Origin: an uncultured virus (IMG/VR IMGVR_UViG_3300028422_001054)
Taxonomy: Duplodnaviria; Heunggongvirae; Uroviricota; Caudoviricetes
DNA: 64,000 bases
Strand: one strand, 5' to 3'
Virus record (IMG/VR): IMGVR_UViG_3300028422_001054
A model generated the notes under the pieces. It was given only the letters and a program-made list of their open reading frames with translations. It ran no database searches and had not been told where the DNA came from. This document shows positions 28,644-38,092 of this stretch, in pieces (position 1 is the stretch's first letter; each line of letters begins with the position of its first letter). Both the position numbers and the translations under genes were made by a program.

Positions 28644-28730
28644 TAAATGTTGGTACTTTTTACTAGGGAAAAAGTAGTAGTTTTTAGATAAGAGTAGTAA
28701 ATATTACAGTTTTAAGAGAGGATAAAGAAG

Positions 28731-29357
28731 ATGTTTAAAGAAAATGATTTAGTAAAATCTAAAGTAAGTAGTGAAATCTATACAGTTCAAAAGGTTTCAG
28801 ATTATGTTGTACTAAGTAATGGTGGTAGATACTTAGAGGAAGAGCTTAGAGAAGCTACTAAAGAGGATCTATACCAAGAGTTGGAATCTAAAGTAAGAGT
28901 TTGGGTTAATAGAGAGTTTAACAGTATTCCTTTAAGATTAGTGGAAGCTCTGGTAGAAAATGAAGGACAGAATTTATCAGAGTTTATACATCCTTTAGAC
29001 TGTTTAGACATTAAAGAATCTATTGAAAATATATCTTCCCAGCTTGAGGATGATGATTTTTCAGAAGAGGATAGAGAGTATTTAGAAGAGGAGTTGCAAA
29101 CTCTTAATGAAAAGTTAGATAGCTTAAACGATGACAATTATCCTTTACATGGTACATTGTTTGAGTTGAACTCTACAGATGAAGATATTATAGAAGCAGC
29201 TAAGAAAATAGGACTAGGAGTTATATCTGGGAATGATTACTTTAACTCTATGTTATTTATGACAGAAACTGGAAGCAACTTCTATAGAAAGTTTTGGATA
29301 CCTTTATTCTTGGAGCTATATCCTGATACTAGGTATGATGGTATAGAGATAGGTTAA
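28731..29357 (+). CDS. acidic hypothetical phage protein (C-terminal FY...WIPL motif)
   Basis: GAGG RBS; 208 aa. Confidence 0.75.
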   Translation: MFKENDLVKSKVSSEIYTVQKVSDYVVLSNGGRYLEEELREATKEDLYQELESKVRVWVNREFNSIPLRLVEALVENEGQNLSEFIHPLDCLDIKESIENISSQLEDDDFSEEDREYLEEELQTLNEKLDSLNDDNYPLHGTLFELNSTDEDIIEAAKKIGLGVISGNDYFNSMLFMTETGSNFYRKFWIPLFLELYPDTRYDGIEIG

Positions 29358-29431
29358 AGAGAGTGTTATTATATCCTTCTACCGTTGGTGGAAGGTAGTA
29401 TTACTAATATGAGTTATGGAGATAAATAGAT

Positions 29432-29650
29432 ATGGAAAATATACTAATTAAAGATGTGGTATTACTGAATACTGTAATAGATTTTACAATGGCATTAAAC
29501 AATGTATCTGTAAAGGATTTAAAAGATATGGAGCTATCTAAGGCTGTTGATTATGTTATAGGGTTAATTCCTGAAACTAAGAAAGATGAAATGGATATTG
29601 ATAATTTGCATGAAGTAGTTGAATACTGCTTGATAAACAAATTAAGCTAA
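29432..29650 (+). CDS. hypothetical protein
   Basis: GGAG RBS. Confidence 0.65.
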   Translation: MENILIKDVVLLNTVIDFTMALNNVSVKDLKDMELSKAVDYVIGLIPETKKDEMDIDNLHEVVEYCLINKLS

Positions 29651-29906
29651 TAGAATTATGGTTAAAGTAGGCTTTAATGTTTATTTTAACCAATCAAAAC
29701 TTTTCCTAGAGCGTAGACTGTACTTTTTACCTCTAGGAGTTGACTAAAAATCATTTTACTGTTTATTTTATAATTTATTTAATTGGTAAATTTCACCAAT
29801 TGACTGGCGAGATTTACCAATCGAAAAAATTAAATAAAAATCATAGCTTTTTGATTGACACAACAGTATATGTATGTTAATATTATTACATAAAGGAGAT
29901 AATCAG

Positions 29907-30383
29907 ATGGATTTAAGAGCAATAGATACTTTAGTACTACCAATGACAGATAAGAGATATTTAGTATGTTCTTTTGATGGTAATGAGTTATCATCTCTAA
30001 AGGATATATGTGATATGGAGACTAATACCTTGGATAAGGCTTTAAAACTTTGTGGAATATTATCTGAGAAGTATGAGGTATGTTTTGTATATGATATATT
30101 ACATGGAAGGGTATCGTATACAGGAGTGACAACACCTTCTGGATGTTTTGTTAAGAAGATACAGTATGATTTGATAGAGTCTTATTTTAGAAATATTTAT
30201 CATATAGAGGATCTTTATAGAGTAGGTTTTATAGGAGCTAAGGATATGCTTATAGATACTTTTCCTAAAGATACTTTATTTACGATGGTACCAGGTTTAA
30301 GTGTTGTTGTAGCGTATACTAGAGAGTTTAATGTAATATATGATAAGTTTGTTACTACTTATCAAGTAATAGGGACTATTTAA
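29907..30383 (+). CDS. hypothetical protein
   Basis: AAGGAG RBS before ATG at 29907; TTGACA-17-TAATAT upstream. Confidence 0.7.
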   Translation: MDLRAIDTLVLPMTDKRYLVCSFDGNELSSLKDICDMETNTLDKALKLCGILSEKYEVCFVYDILHGRVSYTGVTTPSGCFVKKIQYDLIESYFRNIYHIEDLYRVGFIGAKDMLIDTFPKDTLFTMVPGLSVVVAYTREFNVIYDKFVTTYQVIGTI

Positions 30384-30418
30384 AGTCTTTGCTTTATGCT
30401 ATGGTGGAGGTAAATACT

Positions 30419-30658
30419 ATGCTAACAGGATATAGAAGATTTAAAACGATTGTTGATTTACTTAAGAGACAATCGGAGGCTTATACTAAGATTCATAGTG
30501 TGAATGCTTGGGTATATGATTATGGAACTTCTGAAGAGATTAAAGAGCATAATAAAGTAATTAGAGAAGGCTCTGAGGAATTAAGAGTTGTTGAGGAAGA
30601 ACTTAAAGCTTTAGATGTTACCTTTGAAGAAGTAACACATGCTTATAGATGTTACTAG
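30419..30658 (+). CDS. hypothetical coiled-coil protein
   Basis: GGAGG RBS before ATG at 30419. Confidence 0.65.
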   Translation: MLTGYRRFKTIVDLLKRQSEAYTKIHSVNAWVYDYGTSEEIKEHNKVIREGSEELRVVEEELKALDVTFEEVTHAYRCY

Positions 30659-30759
30659 TCTAACTTTAAGATGTGTATTAGTGGTTTTAAAGTATTTAAT
30701 GCTTTAGAGTTTAATAAGAGTATATCTAAGTATACTACATTATATAGAGGAGTTGTTAT

Positions 30760-31002
30760 ATGAAGAAAATAACACAATTAGCAAATAATCAATTAACTTA
30801 TACAGATGGAGATAAAAGAGTATTTCAAAGCTATAATACTATTATTGCAGTAATTGAGAATGGTAAAACATTCTTAGACGAAACCTCGTGAAATTATTCA
30901 AAGACTACAGCCAAGTGGAGAAATATCTTTTTAAATATGACTACTGAGGAGACAAAGAAAGCTATCAAAGAAGGTGATACCACTCTTAAGGATCTTAATT
31001 AG
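30760..31002 (+). pseudogene. small phage protein (FQSY..IIA / YSxTTxKW pattern) with in-frame TGA
   Basis: GAGGAG RBS; TGA at 30889 interrupts an 80-codon frame (probably TGG to TGA). Confidence 0.7.
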
Positions 31003-31061
31003 CTAATGCAGAAATCAACCTACGATTACTTTTTAAGAAGTTTTTAATTAAAAAGTCGTAA

Positions 31062-31106
31062 TTATCACTTATTTATGTTGACTAAAGCATAAATAAGAGA
31101 TAATAT
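31062..31106 (+). promoter_or_regulatory. palindromic sigma70 promoter, family A, copy 5
   Basis: TTATCACTTATTTATG-TTGACTAAAG-CATAAATAAGAGATAA; TAATAT -10. Confidence 0.85.
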
Positions 31107-31136
31107 TATTACAAGATAAAGAAAAGAGAGGATACT

Positions 31137-32858
31137 ATGGAATATACTTTAGAAGAATTAAATAGAATGATGAAAGATAATGATGGAAACTTAGATTTAA
31201 GACATACTAAAATTACATCACTGCCTAAAGGATTAACAGTTGGAGGTAACTTATATTTAAGAAATACTCAAATTACCTCGTTACCAGGAGATTTAATTGT
31301 TGGAGGAGACTTAGATTTAAGTTATACTCCAATCACATCGTTACCAGGAGATTTAATTGTTGGAGGAGACTTAGATTTAAGTTATACTCCAATCACATCG
31401 TTACCAGACGATTTAATTGTTGGAGGAGACTTAGATTTAAGTTATACTCCAATCACATCGTTACCAGACGATTTAATTGTTGGAGGTAGCTTATATTTAA
31501 GCAATACTCAAATTAAATTATTACCAAAAGGATTGAAGGTTGGAGGTGGGGTAGATTTAAGATATGCTCCGATTAAATCATTACCAGAAGACTTATCTGT
31601 TGGAAGTAGCTTAGATTTAAGTCGTACTCAAATTAAATCATTACCAGAAGGGTTAAAGGTTGGAGGTTGGTTAGATTTAAGATATGCTCCAATTAAATCG
31701 TTACCAGAAGAGTTAATGGTGAAAGGTAGTTTATATTTAGAAAATACTCAAGTTACCTCGTTACCAGAAGGGTTCATGGTTAGAGGTAGCTTATATTTAA
31801 GTCATACTCAAATCACATCGTTACCAAAAGGGTTAACGGTTGGAGGAGACATAGATTTAAGATATGCTCCAATTACATCGTTACCAGAAGGGTTAACCGT
31901 TGGTGGTAATTTAGACTTAGAAGGTACTAAAATTACCTCGTTACCAGAAGGGTTAACTGTTGGAGGTTGGCTAGATTTAAGTCATACTCAAATCACATCG
32001 TTACCAAAAGGGTTAACGGTTGGAGGAGACATAGATTTAAGCGTTACTCCGATTACAACACTACCAGAAAGGTTAACGGTTGGAAGAAATCTAGATTTTA
32101 GATATACTAAAATTACCTCGTTACCAGAAGGGTTAACTGTTGGAGGTTGGCTAGATTTAAGAAATACTCAAATTACATCATTGCCTAAAAGGTTAACTGT
32201 TGGAGGATATTTAGATTTAAGTTCTACTCAAATTACATCGTTACCTGAAGGATTAACCGTTGGAGGTAACTTATATTTAGAAGGTACTAAAATCACATCG
32301 TTACCGAAAGGGTTAACGGTTGGAGGATATTTAGCTTTAAGTAATACTCCAATTAAATCGTTATCAATAGATTTAAAAGTTGGAGGTACCATATTTAGCG
32401 ATTTACCTAAAAATAAAGTCAAATATACAAAACTTCAACAAGGTGACTATAGTGAAGCTGACTATCTGTATGCAGATGGAATCTTAACTCATATTAAAGC
32501 TAAAAAATATTTTGATAAATATACATATTTTATTGGAGAATTTAAAGATAAAAATGTACTTTATGATGGAACTTATTATGTTCACTGTAAAAACATTAAG
32601 CAAGGAATTGAGGATCTTAACTTCAAACATGCTAAAGATAGAGGGTCTGATCACTACAAAAATCTAAAATTATCCAGTATTCTATCTTTTGAAGAATCTA
32701 AAACGATGTACAGGATTTTAACCGGTGCGTGTAGACAAGGTACTGAAAGTTTTATTGAAAATTTGAAAATAATAAAAGAACAGTATACCATCCAAGAATT
32801 AATAGATCTAACTGTTAATCAATACGGTTATGAAACTTTTAAGAAGTTTTTTAGTTAA
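31137..32858 (+). CDS. leucine-rich repeat protein (19 full units) with conserved C-terminal domain
   Basis: 60-bp periodic DNA repeat; YRILTGACRQGT domain. Confidence 0.92.
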   Translation: MEYTLEELNRMMKDNDGNLDLRHTKITSLPKGLTVGGNLYLRNTQITSLPGDLIVGGDLDLSYTPITSLPGDLIVGGDLDLSYTPITSLPDDLIVGGDLDLSYTPITSLPDDLIVGGSLYLSNTQIKLLPKGLKVGGGVDLRYAPIKSLPEDLSVGSSLDLSRTQIKSLPEGLKVGGWLDLRYAPIKSLPEELMVKGSLYLENTQVTSLPEGFMVRGSLYLSHTQITSLPKGLTVGGDIDLRYAPITSLPEGLTVGGNLDLEGTKITSLPEGLTVGGWLDLSHTQITSLPKGLTVGGDIDLSVTPITTLPERLTVGRNLDFRYTKITSLPEGLTVGGWLDLRNTQITSLPKRLTVGGYLDLSSTQITSLPEGLTVGGNLYLEGTKITSLPKGLTVGGYLALSNTPIKSLSIDLKVGGTIFSDLPKNKVKYTKLQQGDYSEADYLYADGILTHIKAKKYFDKYTYFIGEFKDKNVLYDGTYYVHCKNIKQGIEDLNFKHAKDRGSDHYKNLKLSSILSFEESKTMYRILTGACRQGTESFIENLKIIKEQYTIQELIDLTVNQYGYETFKKFFS

Positions 32859-32893
32859 CCCTAGGAAGTTATATGCAATAAAGAGGAGAAAAC

Positions 32894-33196
32894 ATGAAAA
32901 TATGTACACTGTGCGAGTATGAAATAGAGGAATCATCTGATAGCTGCCTAAAGAAAGGTAAATGTCCGGTGTGTGGATCTGAGGAACTTGTAGGTACAGA
33001 AGATTTATTCGATGTTAATAAAGGAATAAACTTTATCTGTTCAAAAGCAAGTAATAAAGATGATAGATTGCAGCTTATTAAAACTTTACTTAAAGGACTT
33101 TCTATCACTAAGAAAACGGAGATAGTTCAAGGAAATTGCTTTGAAGGGTTCACATCAATGTATGATAAACATATTATTTTAAAGGAATTTTGTTGA
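32894..33196 (+). CDS. zinc-ribbon protein
   Basis: CTLC and CPVCGS; GAGGAG RBS. Confidence 0.7.
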   Translation: MKICTLCEYEIEESSDSCLKKGKCPVCGSEELVGTEDLFDVNKGINFICSKASNKDDRLQLIKTLLKGLSITKKTEIVQGNCFEGFTSMYDKHIILKEFC

Positions 33197-33242
33197 CACT
33201 AATACCTATTAATGGTAATATTTAATAGTTGAAGGAGAAAAT

Positions 33243-33929
33243 ATGGAAAAATTTTTAAACAAACATAATGTTGATGCAGATGTAGATTGTATAGCTGAAG
33301 GAGTTTACTCTGTTAGAGTAAATAATAAAGACCTGGACCTAGTAGATGTAGAAAATTGTTTGCGAGAGCAACCCGATAAAGTTTACTTAGACTATTCATT
33401 GCTTGCAAAACAAGAGATTCAAAAAACTTATGCAAGAATAATTGAAAGAGTTCAAGATGTTGAGATAGGTAAAACTTTAGAGGTTGAAAAGTTCAGTATC
33501 TTTAAAAAAGATGATAATCTTTTTGAAATTAAAACTAAGAATATTAAAACCCCAAGACTGTCATCTATAAATAACTTACCTTATGCACTTCACGAGCTTC
33601 ATTTACAGGCTTTGAGAGATAAAATAGTTCTTTTCCCTGGAACCGAGGGAAATGATGTAGATAGAACAGCATTCGCTTTTAGCGAAGTATATGCTAATCT
33701 GAAAAAACTTGTAAGACATCATCTTAGAATAGGAACCAGCAATGCTGAGTATGACTTACTCTCTGATCTATTGTATGTTGCTACAGGTTATGAAGAAGAG
33801 GATGAAGCTCTAATGTTATTTAATCTATATTTGGACAGAATACTAAATGAAGCGGATGAGCTAATGTCACCTGTTTTGAAAACTGTTTTAGTAAAGTTTA
33901 TTAATAAAATATTTAGGAGTGCTGAATGA
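33243..33929 (+). CDS. hypothetical protein
   Basis: TTGACA-17-TAATAT promoter and AAGGAG RBS. Confidence 0.75.
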   Translation: MEKFLNKHNVDADVDCIAEGVYSVRVNNKDLDLVDVENCLREQPDKVYLDYSLLAKQEIQKTYARIIERVQDVEIGKTLEVEKFSIFKKDDNLFEIKTKNIKTPRLSSINNLPYALHELHLQALRDKIVLFPGTEGNDVDRTAFAFSEVYANLKKLVRHHLRIGTSNAEYDLLSDLLYVATGYEEEDEALMLFNLYLDRILNEADELMSPVLKTVLVKFINKIFRSAE

Positions 33930-34294
33930 AAGTATATATTAACGAATATGGTCTAAGTTATTTACCTCTACATAGAGTATATGATGCTAAAGCTAAAAGA
34001 CTTGTTCATGTAGATGAAAATCTTATAGATGATTTAATAAGTAGGTACGATATTCCAGCAAAAAAGAGATTTGGATTGTACCAGTTATCTAAACAAGATT
34101 TTAATATTTGGGGTGCATTTTTTAATGGACTTCAACAGGTAGAGCTTATCAAAGCTGCCTTAGTATATCTTACAAAAGATGAAGAGGAAATTTTTAACGA
34201 AGCGTTTGACTGGGTAGATACTTTGGAAATACCTATGAGATGTTTAGAAAGATTGGAACAAATAAGAGGAGAAAGAAATGGAAAAATTAACTGA
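33926..34294 (+). CDS. hypothetical protein
   Basis: ATGA overlap; AGGAG RBS. Confidence 0.7.
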   Translation: MKVYINEYGLSYLPLHRVYDAKAKRLVHVDENLIDDLISRYDIPAKKRFGLYQLSKQDFNIWGAFFNGLQQVELIKAALVYLTKDEEEIFNEAFDWVDTLEIPMRCLERLEQIRGERNGKIN

Positions 34295-34805
34295 AATAGA
34301 AAAAGTAAAGGATTTAGTATATCAAGGAAAATCTCAAAAAGAAATTGCTGAGATTTTAGGTAAAAGTCAAGTATTTATTGGAACATGTATATCAAGACTT
34401 AGAAAGTCTAAAAACTTTAATATACATTTTGCTCATGGCAGACATGTAAATAAAGGAAGACTAGAACTTGTAAGATTTTTTCACAAGTTTAATATGCTTC
34501 ATGGATTTTTTCCTAAACAAGCTTGGGTGGCAAAACTTTGGGGAGTAAGTAGACAGGCTATTAACCAAGCGAACCCGAACAAAGGGGAGGAAATAGGAAA
34601 GTTTGTTAGACTATCTGGGCCAGTATATATCTCAGACAGTTTTAATAAGTTTATACAAGATTACGCTGAGCTTTTTGGTTTTTCATGGGCAGAAGCTCTT
34701 AAAAGTTTTACACACAATGTAGATTTCTCAAAAATAAACTTTGAAGATTTAAAAAATTCTATGATTGAAAAAACTGAAAACGAGCTTGATCAAGATTTAA
34801 AATAA
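34278..34805 (+). CDS. helix-turn-helix DNA-binding protein
   Basis: GKSQKEIAEILGKSQ and QAWVAKLWGVSRQAI HTH-like motifs. Confidence 0.7.
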   Translation: MEKLTEIEKVKDLVYQGKSQKEIAEILGKSQVFIGTCISRLRKSKNFNIHFAHGRHVNKGRLELVRFFHKFNMLHGFFPKQAWVAKLWGVSRQAINQANPNKGEEIGKFVRLSGPVYISDSFNKFIQDYAELFGFSWAEALKSFTHNVDFSKINFEDLKNSMIEKTENELDQDLK

Positions 34806-34827
34806 TTAGGGTATTCCCCCTAATTAT
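34801..34827. terminator. inverted repeat between convergent transcription units
   Basis: AATAATTAGGG-TATTC-CCCTAATTATT. Confidence 0.6.
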
Positions 34828-34828
34828 T

Positions 34829-35269
34829 TTAAAGATCACCTATAGCTGTTGTATTATTGATACTATCAATATTTTTAATAAACTTAATGGCAAAAGGTAA
34901 ATCGTCTAAAGTATCAAGGAAATAAGTGTTATAGCATTTACTGGAGCCGTCTAACAAATCTTTTATAGCCTCAAAGCTTTTAATCTGATGCTTAGAAAAT
35001 CCATCTAATTTAAAAAATATAATTGTGTTTTTAGGGGAATAAGCGGAATCAACTAATTCCGCTATTGAGTATACACCTGACATATCCTTTGTAATAACAA
35101 AAAGATGCGTATCACACATTTCTTTTTCAATATCTTCTATGTTTTTAGCTTCTGGAGTCCAGTCATCTACTACTGGATTGAAAAAGTTAACTTTTTCTTT
35201 AATTAGTACAGGGATAACATCTTTACGATAATCATCCCCTGCTGTAGTTCCACCTAAAAATATTTTCAT
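34829..35269 (-). CDS. nucleoside 2-deoxyribosyltransferase-like protein
   Basis: IFLGGT, FFNPVVDDW, YSIAE motifs. Confidence 0.75.
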   Translation of the reverse strand: MKIFLGGTTAGDDYRKDVIPVLIKEKVNFFNPVVDDWTPEAKNIEDIEKEMCDTHLFVITKDMSGVYSIAELVDSAYSPKNTIIFFKLDGFSKHQIKSFEAIKDLLDGSSKCYNTYFLDTLDDLPFAIKFIKNIDSINNTTAIGDL

Positions 35270-35433
35270 ACATGTCTCCTTAGATCCGAATTAGTGATTA
35301 CAAAATCCGTAAAGGAACCATCATATGCCACAACTAATAGCTTATAGCTATTATTAGTTTCATCATAACTTTTTTCCTCTACAATATCTAGTAAAGGAAA
35401 CATCTTCCTAATCTCAACTAAATTAAATCTCAT
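35266..35433 (-). CDS. small hypothetical protein (55 aa)
   Basis: ATG at 35433 to TGA overlapping the next ATG; fills the gap after the chemoreceptor gene. Confidence 0.55.
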   Translation of the reverse strand: MRFNLVEIRKMFPLLDIVEEKSYDETNNSYKLLVVAYDGSFTDFVITNSDLRRHV

Positions 35434-35443
35434 GAAGATATAG

Positions 35444-37189
35444 TTATATTTTGAACTTATTTATTGTCTCATTTAAAGAAGAACTTACAGTATTTAAATC
35501 CAATAAAGTATCTTCAATAACCTTTACCGAAGTAGTAATTTCATTAGTTCCTATAGCTACCTCTGTCATAGCATTAGCCACCTCTTCAGACTGAACAGTA
35601 GCTTTATCAATATCTTTTACAGAAGCATTTAAATTATCATTTAATGTTTGAATATTCTCGAGTAAAGTATATGACATATCTCTTAAATCTTTTATAGCAT
35701 TAGCTATCTCAGAAGTACTTGCGGAGGTTTCTTGTAAACCATTATCTATCATGTTAAAAGCCTTGGAAGAGTTCTCCGAGGATGTTCGTATTTCATGGAA
35801 AATCTTAGATGACGATTTCTCTGAGGATTCAATAGCATGGATATCGTTCACAATCGTTTTTAAGGTAACTCCTATTGTTTTAGAATTATCTTTAGAGAAA
35901 TCTGCCAGCTTCCGTATCTCTTCAGCAACTACAGCAAATCCTTTACCAACATTACCTGCATGAGCCGCTTCTATAGCAGCATTCATAGCTAATATATTAG
36001 TTCTTTGCGAAAGTTTAAATAACGTATCTACTATGGAAAATATTGTATCGGCTTTAGCTACTACAGAAGATACTAACCTAGAGTTTTCTTGTATCTGTTT
36101 TTCTCCCAGGATGACAAGCTCTTTAAGTTTAAGCATCTCTTTAGATTCTTTAGAAACAACTCCTGAAATATCCATAGTAGATGAAAGCATTTCTCTAGTA
36201 TTCGCTGAAATCTCATCAATTGCTGAGGAGTTATCTGTAATTAGGTCTACAAGGTTTTTTAAGTTATCGACTACCCCTAAGATACTACTTCTAGAAGAAA
36301 TATTTAGATCTTTTAAAGAATGCATTAAAGATTCAACGCCTTTCGCATTTTGAGAGATTTCATAAACTGTTGCAGAAGTTTCAACAGTATTAGCAGCTAA
36401 AACATCTTGGGATGAGATTACATCGTCTACAGAGGAAACAACTTGCTTTACCAATAATTGTAAAGTCTCTATAAACTTATTAACGATACCTATCAAGCTT
36501 CCTAACTCATCTTTTTTAGAATAAGCTATTCTATGAGCTAAATTAGCATCTACTGATAAAATATTATAGGCTTCGTTAGAAGCTTGGGATAAAGACTTGG
36601 TTGTTTTTGTAGTACTGTATATTATTGTAACCGCTATTACTATAAATGAAATGATTAGTAATACTATTATCGGAAATATAACTGAGTATATTTCTTTATT
36701 ACTTTCATCTCTATAGGTTGAATAAACTACATAAGCATCTAAAGGAGCGTAATATCTAAATACAGCATCCTTTATGAAGTAATCGTCGGCACCTCCTGGT
36801 TTAGTATAATAATATGAAAAACTACCTTCTGTCTGCCCAAGCATTAAGCTTAAAATGGACACTTTTTCAACAAGATCTTTAAATACTACATATTGTCCTT
36901 CTTTAGTTCTATCAATATAAGCTAAAACTTTATGATCTGATGTTAATACAAATGGATAAGAAGAAGAGTCTGTTTCAAAAATAATATCACTAAAATCTTG
37001 TAACGATAGTTTACCTGCATCTACCTTTTTTAAACTTGCAACTACACTGGATAATGTCGATTCACTTATTAGCTTATTATGTTTTGTTAGTGTAGATTTT
37101 ACAGAATTATACACAGCTCCTCCTAAGAGAAGGAATCCTAAAAAAATTACAGATAATGTGCTAACTAATAATTTATTTCTAATAGTCAT
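35444..37189 (-). CDS. methyl-accepting chemotaxis protein (TM-Cache-like-TM-HAMP-signalling domain)
   Basis: [31 protein letters not shown] hairpin tip; two TM helices; KDELG HAMP motif. Confidence 0.93.
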   Translation of the reverse strand: MTIRNKLLVSTLSVIFLGFLLLGGAVYNSVKSTLTKHNKLISESTLSSVVASLKKVDAGKLSLQDFSDIIFETDSSSYPFVLTSDHKVLAYIDRTKEGQYVVFKDLVEKVSILSLMLGQTEGSFSYYYTKPGGADDYFIKDAVFRYYAPLDAYVVYSTYRDESNKEIYSVIFPIIVLLIISFIVIAVTIIYSTTKTTKSLSQASNEAYNILSVDANLAHRIAYSKKDELGSLIGIVNKFIETLQLLVKQVVSSVDDVISSQDVLAANTVETSATVYEISQNAKGVESLMHSLKDLNISSRSSILGVVDNLKNLVDLITDNSSAIDEISANTREMLSSTMDISGVVSKESKEMLKLKELVILGEKQIQENSRLVSSVVAKADTIFSIVDTLFKLSQRTNILAMNAAIEAAHAGNVGKGFAVVAEEIRKLADFSKDNSKTIGVTLKTIVNDIHAIESSEKSSSKIFHEIRTSSENSSKAFNMIDNGLQETSASTSEIANAIKDLRDMSYTLLENIQTLNDNLNASVKDIDKATVQSEEVANAMTEVAIGTNEITTSVKVIEDTLLDLNTVSSSLNETINKFKI

Positions 37190-37198
37190 AATAATCTC

Positions 37199-38062
37199 CT
37201 ATATAGCCATGGGTGCTTTGATAGCTGGCCATGAATCATAGTTCCTTAAAGTAATATCGGTCATTTTAAAATCAAAGATATTAGTTATCTCTGGATTTAA
37301 AATTACTTGTGGACCAAGCTTAGATTCACGAGTTAATTGCTCCTTAACTTGATCAATATGATTAGAGTAGATATGAGCATCCCCTATCGTATGTATGAAC
37401 TCATAAGGTGTATACCCAGTTACTTGAGCTACCATCATAAGAAGCAAAGAATATGATGCAATATTAAAAGGAATTCCTAAAAAGGCGTCTCCTGATCTTT
37501 GGTACAGTTGAAGAGAGAGCTTATTATTAGCTACATAGAATTGAAACATCGTGTGACAAGGAGGTAAAGCCATTGATTCTAGCTCTCCTACATTCCAGGC
37601 ACTAACAATATGTCTTCTGGAATCCGGTGAAGTCTTTATAGAATGGATAACTTGAGAAATCTGATCTATAAACTTATTTTTGGAGGATACCCACTGTCTC
37701 CATTGTGCTCCATAAACATTACCTAAATTTTTAACAGTATCTGTATTTTCATAACCAAGAGATTTGCCTTGGTTATCAGCATTAGCCGTCCAAATAGTAG
37801 ACTTGCCTACTAAATCTTTTCTATCTTTTCCATAATATATTTCAGCAAGTCTCCGTTCATCGGTAGAACCTTCTAAAAACCAAAGAAGTTCTGACACAAT
37901 GGCCTTCATACCCAATTTTTTAGTAGTTACTAAAGGAAACCTTTTTTCAAGATTAAATCTCATTTGATAACCGAAAGTACTCAAAGTTCCTGTACCGGTT
38001 CTATCTTCTTTTAATACACCATTATCTATGATGTGCTGCAATAACTCTAAATATTGTGTCAT
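37199..38062 (-). CDS. thyA: thymidylate synthase
   Basis: DRTGTGT, ELLWFL, MALPPCH, YQRSGD, PFNIASY, GDAHIY. Confidence 0.97.
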   Translation of the reverse strand: MTQYLELLQHIIDNGVLKEDRTGTGTLSTFGYQMRFNLEKRFPLVTTKKLGMKAIVSELLWFLEGSTDERRLAEIYYGKDRKDLVGKSTIWTANADNQGKSLGYENTDTVKNLGNVYGAQWRQWVSSKNKFIDQISQVIHSIKTSPDSRRHIVSAWNVGELESMALPPCHTMFQFYVANNKLSLQLYQRSGDAFLGIPFNIASYSLLLMMVAQVTGYTPYEFIHTIGDAHIYSNHIDQVKEQLTRESKLGPQVILNPEITNIFDFKMTDITLRNYDSWPAIKAPMAI

Positions 38063-38092
38063 TCTATCTCCTCTTTAATGATATTAAGTACA

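Noticed and set aside
24192..31106. Integron attC sites
   Set aside because: No RYYYAAC/GTTRRRY ends or characteristic extrahelical bases, no integrase; correctly spaced -35/-10 boxes explain them better
20436..32858. Diversity-generating retroelement acting on the LRR genes
   Set aside because: No reverse transcriptase in the window, no non-coding template repeat, and differences are not confined to adenines
21533..33108. Minus-strand ORFs within the early cluster (e.g. 25762-26115, 28802-29137, 32228-32422)
   Set aside because: Antisense to well-supported + strand genes; they only mirror their repeats
35444..38062. Host chromosomal flank (prophage boundary) at chemoreceptor-thyA
   Set aside because: Tightly packed between phage-type genes on both sides, with no integrase, att site or other housekeeping genes
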